Positions 63,160 through 64,000 of a DNA stretch of 64,000 bases are shown piece by piece. Below the pieces are notes generated by a model. The model saw nothing but the letters and a program-made list of their open reading frames with translations. It made no database searches and had not been told where the DNA came from. The DNA is from Macrostomum lignano (Eukaryota), in contig NIVC01001655.1 in assembly GCA_002269645.1 (NCBI GenBank), forward strand, positions 62,001 through 126,000, in the 5' to 3' direction. How positions within the stretch are numbered: the first letter of the stretch is position 1; every line of letters starts with the position of its first letter. The translations under genes and the position numbers were made by a program.

Positions 63160-63712
63160 TTATAATCTGCAAGCGTAATGCTGGATGCCAGAGTGCTCTA
63201 AATAACGAGACTCCTGTTTTCTCGCTCGACCGGAATTTTTTGTTTAATCTGCTTAACTAATCTTTGCGTTTCAGTTTTTCAGTTTCACTGTCAATTTTAG
63301 GTTTTTTCCTAAGCGCAAGTGTAATTGAATTTTTTATTCATATTAGTCAGGCATATTGCGTACAGCATTATAGCGTATTAGTAAAGGTAGAGGTAAATAG
63401 ACTGCTTGTAACTAGTTTTTCCTTCATGTGGATTGGCTTCAACGAAGACTTGTATTTCAATTAATGCTGAATTCGCTCGACTGAGGACAATATAGTTACA
63501 CGATGATATGCTATTCCTTCACTTTCAATAGATCATACTATTAGTATGGGACGTGCTTTTTTATTTCAATGTATGCTTTTTTTCATCATTTAAATGCTAA
63601 AAATACTTAATAGGTCATTGCACTGTGTGTATGTGTGTGTTTTCGTGTGTCAAAAAAAATTGCAAAATAAGTGCCCACCATTGTATACCGTACCAACAAG
63701 TGCCCGGTGCGT

Positions 63713-63714
<2 letters not shown>

Positions 63715-63749
<35 letters not shown>

Positions 63750-63935
63750 TGAGTGAGTGAGTGAGTGAGTGAGTGAGTGAGTGAGTGAGTAAGTGAGTGA
63801 GTGAGTGAGTGAGTGTGTGTGTGTGTGTGTGTTTAAGTAGTTAGGGTATGTAGGTAGGTAGGTAGGTAGGTAGGTAGGTAGGTAGGTAGGTAGGTAGGTG
63901 TGTGGGTGGGTGGGTGGGTGGATGGGTGTGTATGC
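63715..63935. repeat. Compound microsatellite (GT)n-(GAGT)n-(GT)n-(GTAG)n-(GTGG)n
   Basis: Read directly. Confidence 0.97.
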
Positions 63936-64000
63936 ATGCATGCTAGATATAAGGTGTTGACTGGTGATGTGACCGTGTTGACGGGGGATGTAACCATGTT

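Overview
Eukaryotic (animal) genomic DNA: GC-rich exons, short AT-rich GT-AG introns and dense mini/microsatellites. The style resembles a free-living flatworm such as Macrostomum, but this is an inference only. Genes reconstructed from the sequence: two intronless miniature Ly6/three-finger GPI-type genes (-); a tandem pair of 3-exon uncharacterised paralogs (+); an 8-exon polycystin-2 (PKD2) with a 1-nt frameshift (-); a 7-exon chimeric gene joining two DZANK1-like segments to a 4-repeat annexin core (-); two otopetrin-like paralogs from a segmental duplication (+); a frameshifted intronless TBP-fold gene (-); two divergent Cys-loop receptor subunits lacking the acetylcholine-binding motifs (+); and the last two exons of IQCA1/DRC11 (-). 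Mobile DNA: a dead hAT transposase, hAT MITEs (two with clear TIRs and 8-bp TSDs, several carrying internal satellites), an RTE LINE fragment, a long-TIR MITE and a tRNA-like SINE head. Most long ORFs in the supplied track are tandem-repeat artefacts. Best leads: the DZANK1-annexin fusion, the uncharacterised paralog pair, the orphan Cys-loop subunits with opposite selectivity-filter charge, and the TBP-like relic. All homology calls come from motif recognition; no database search was run.
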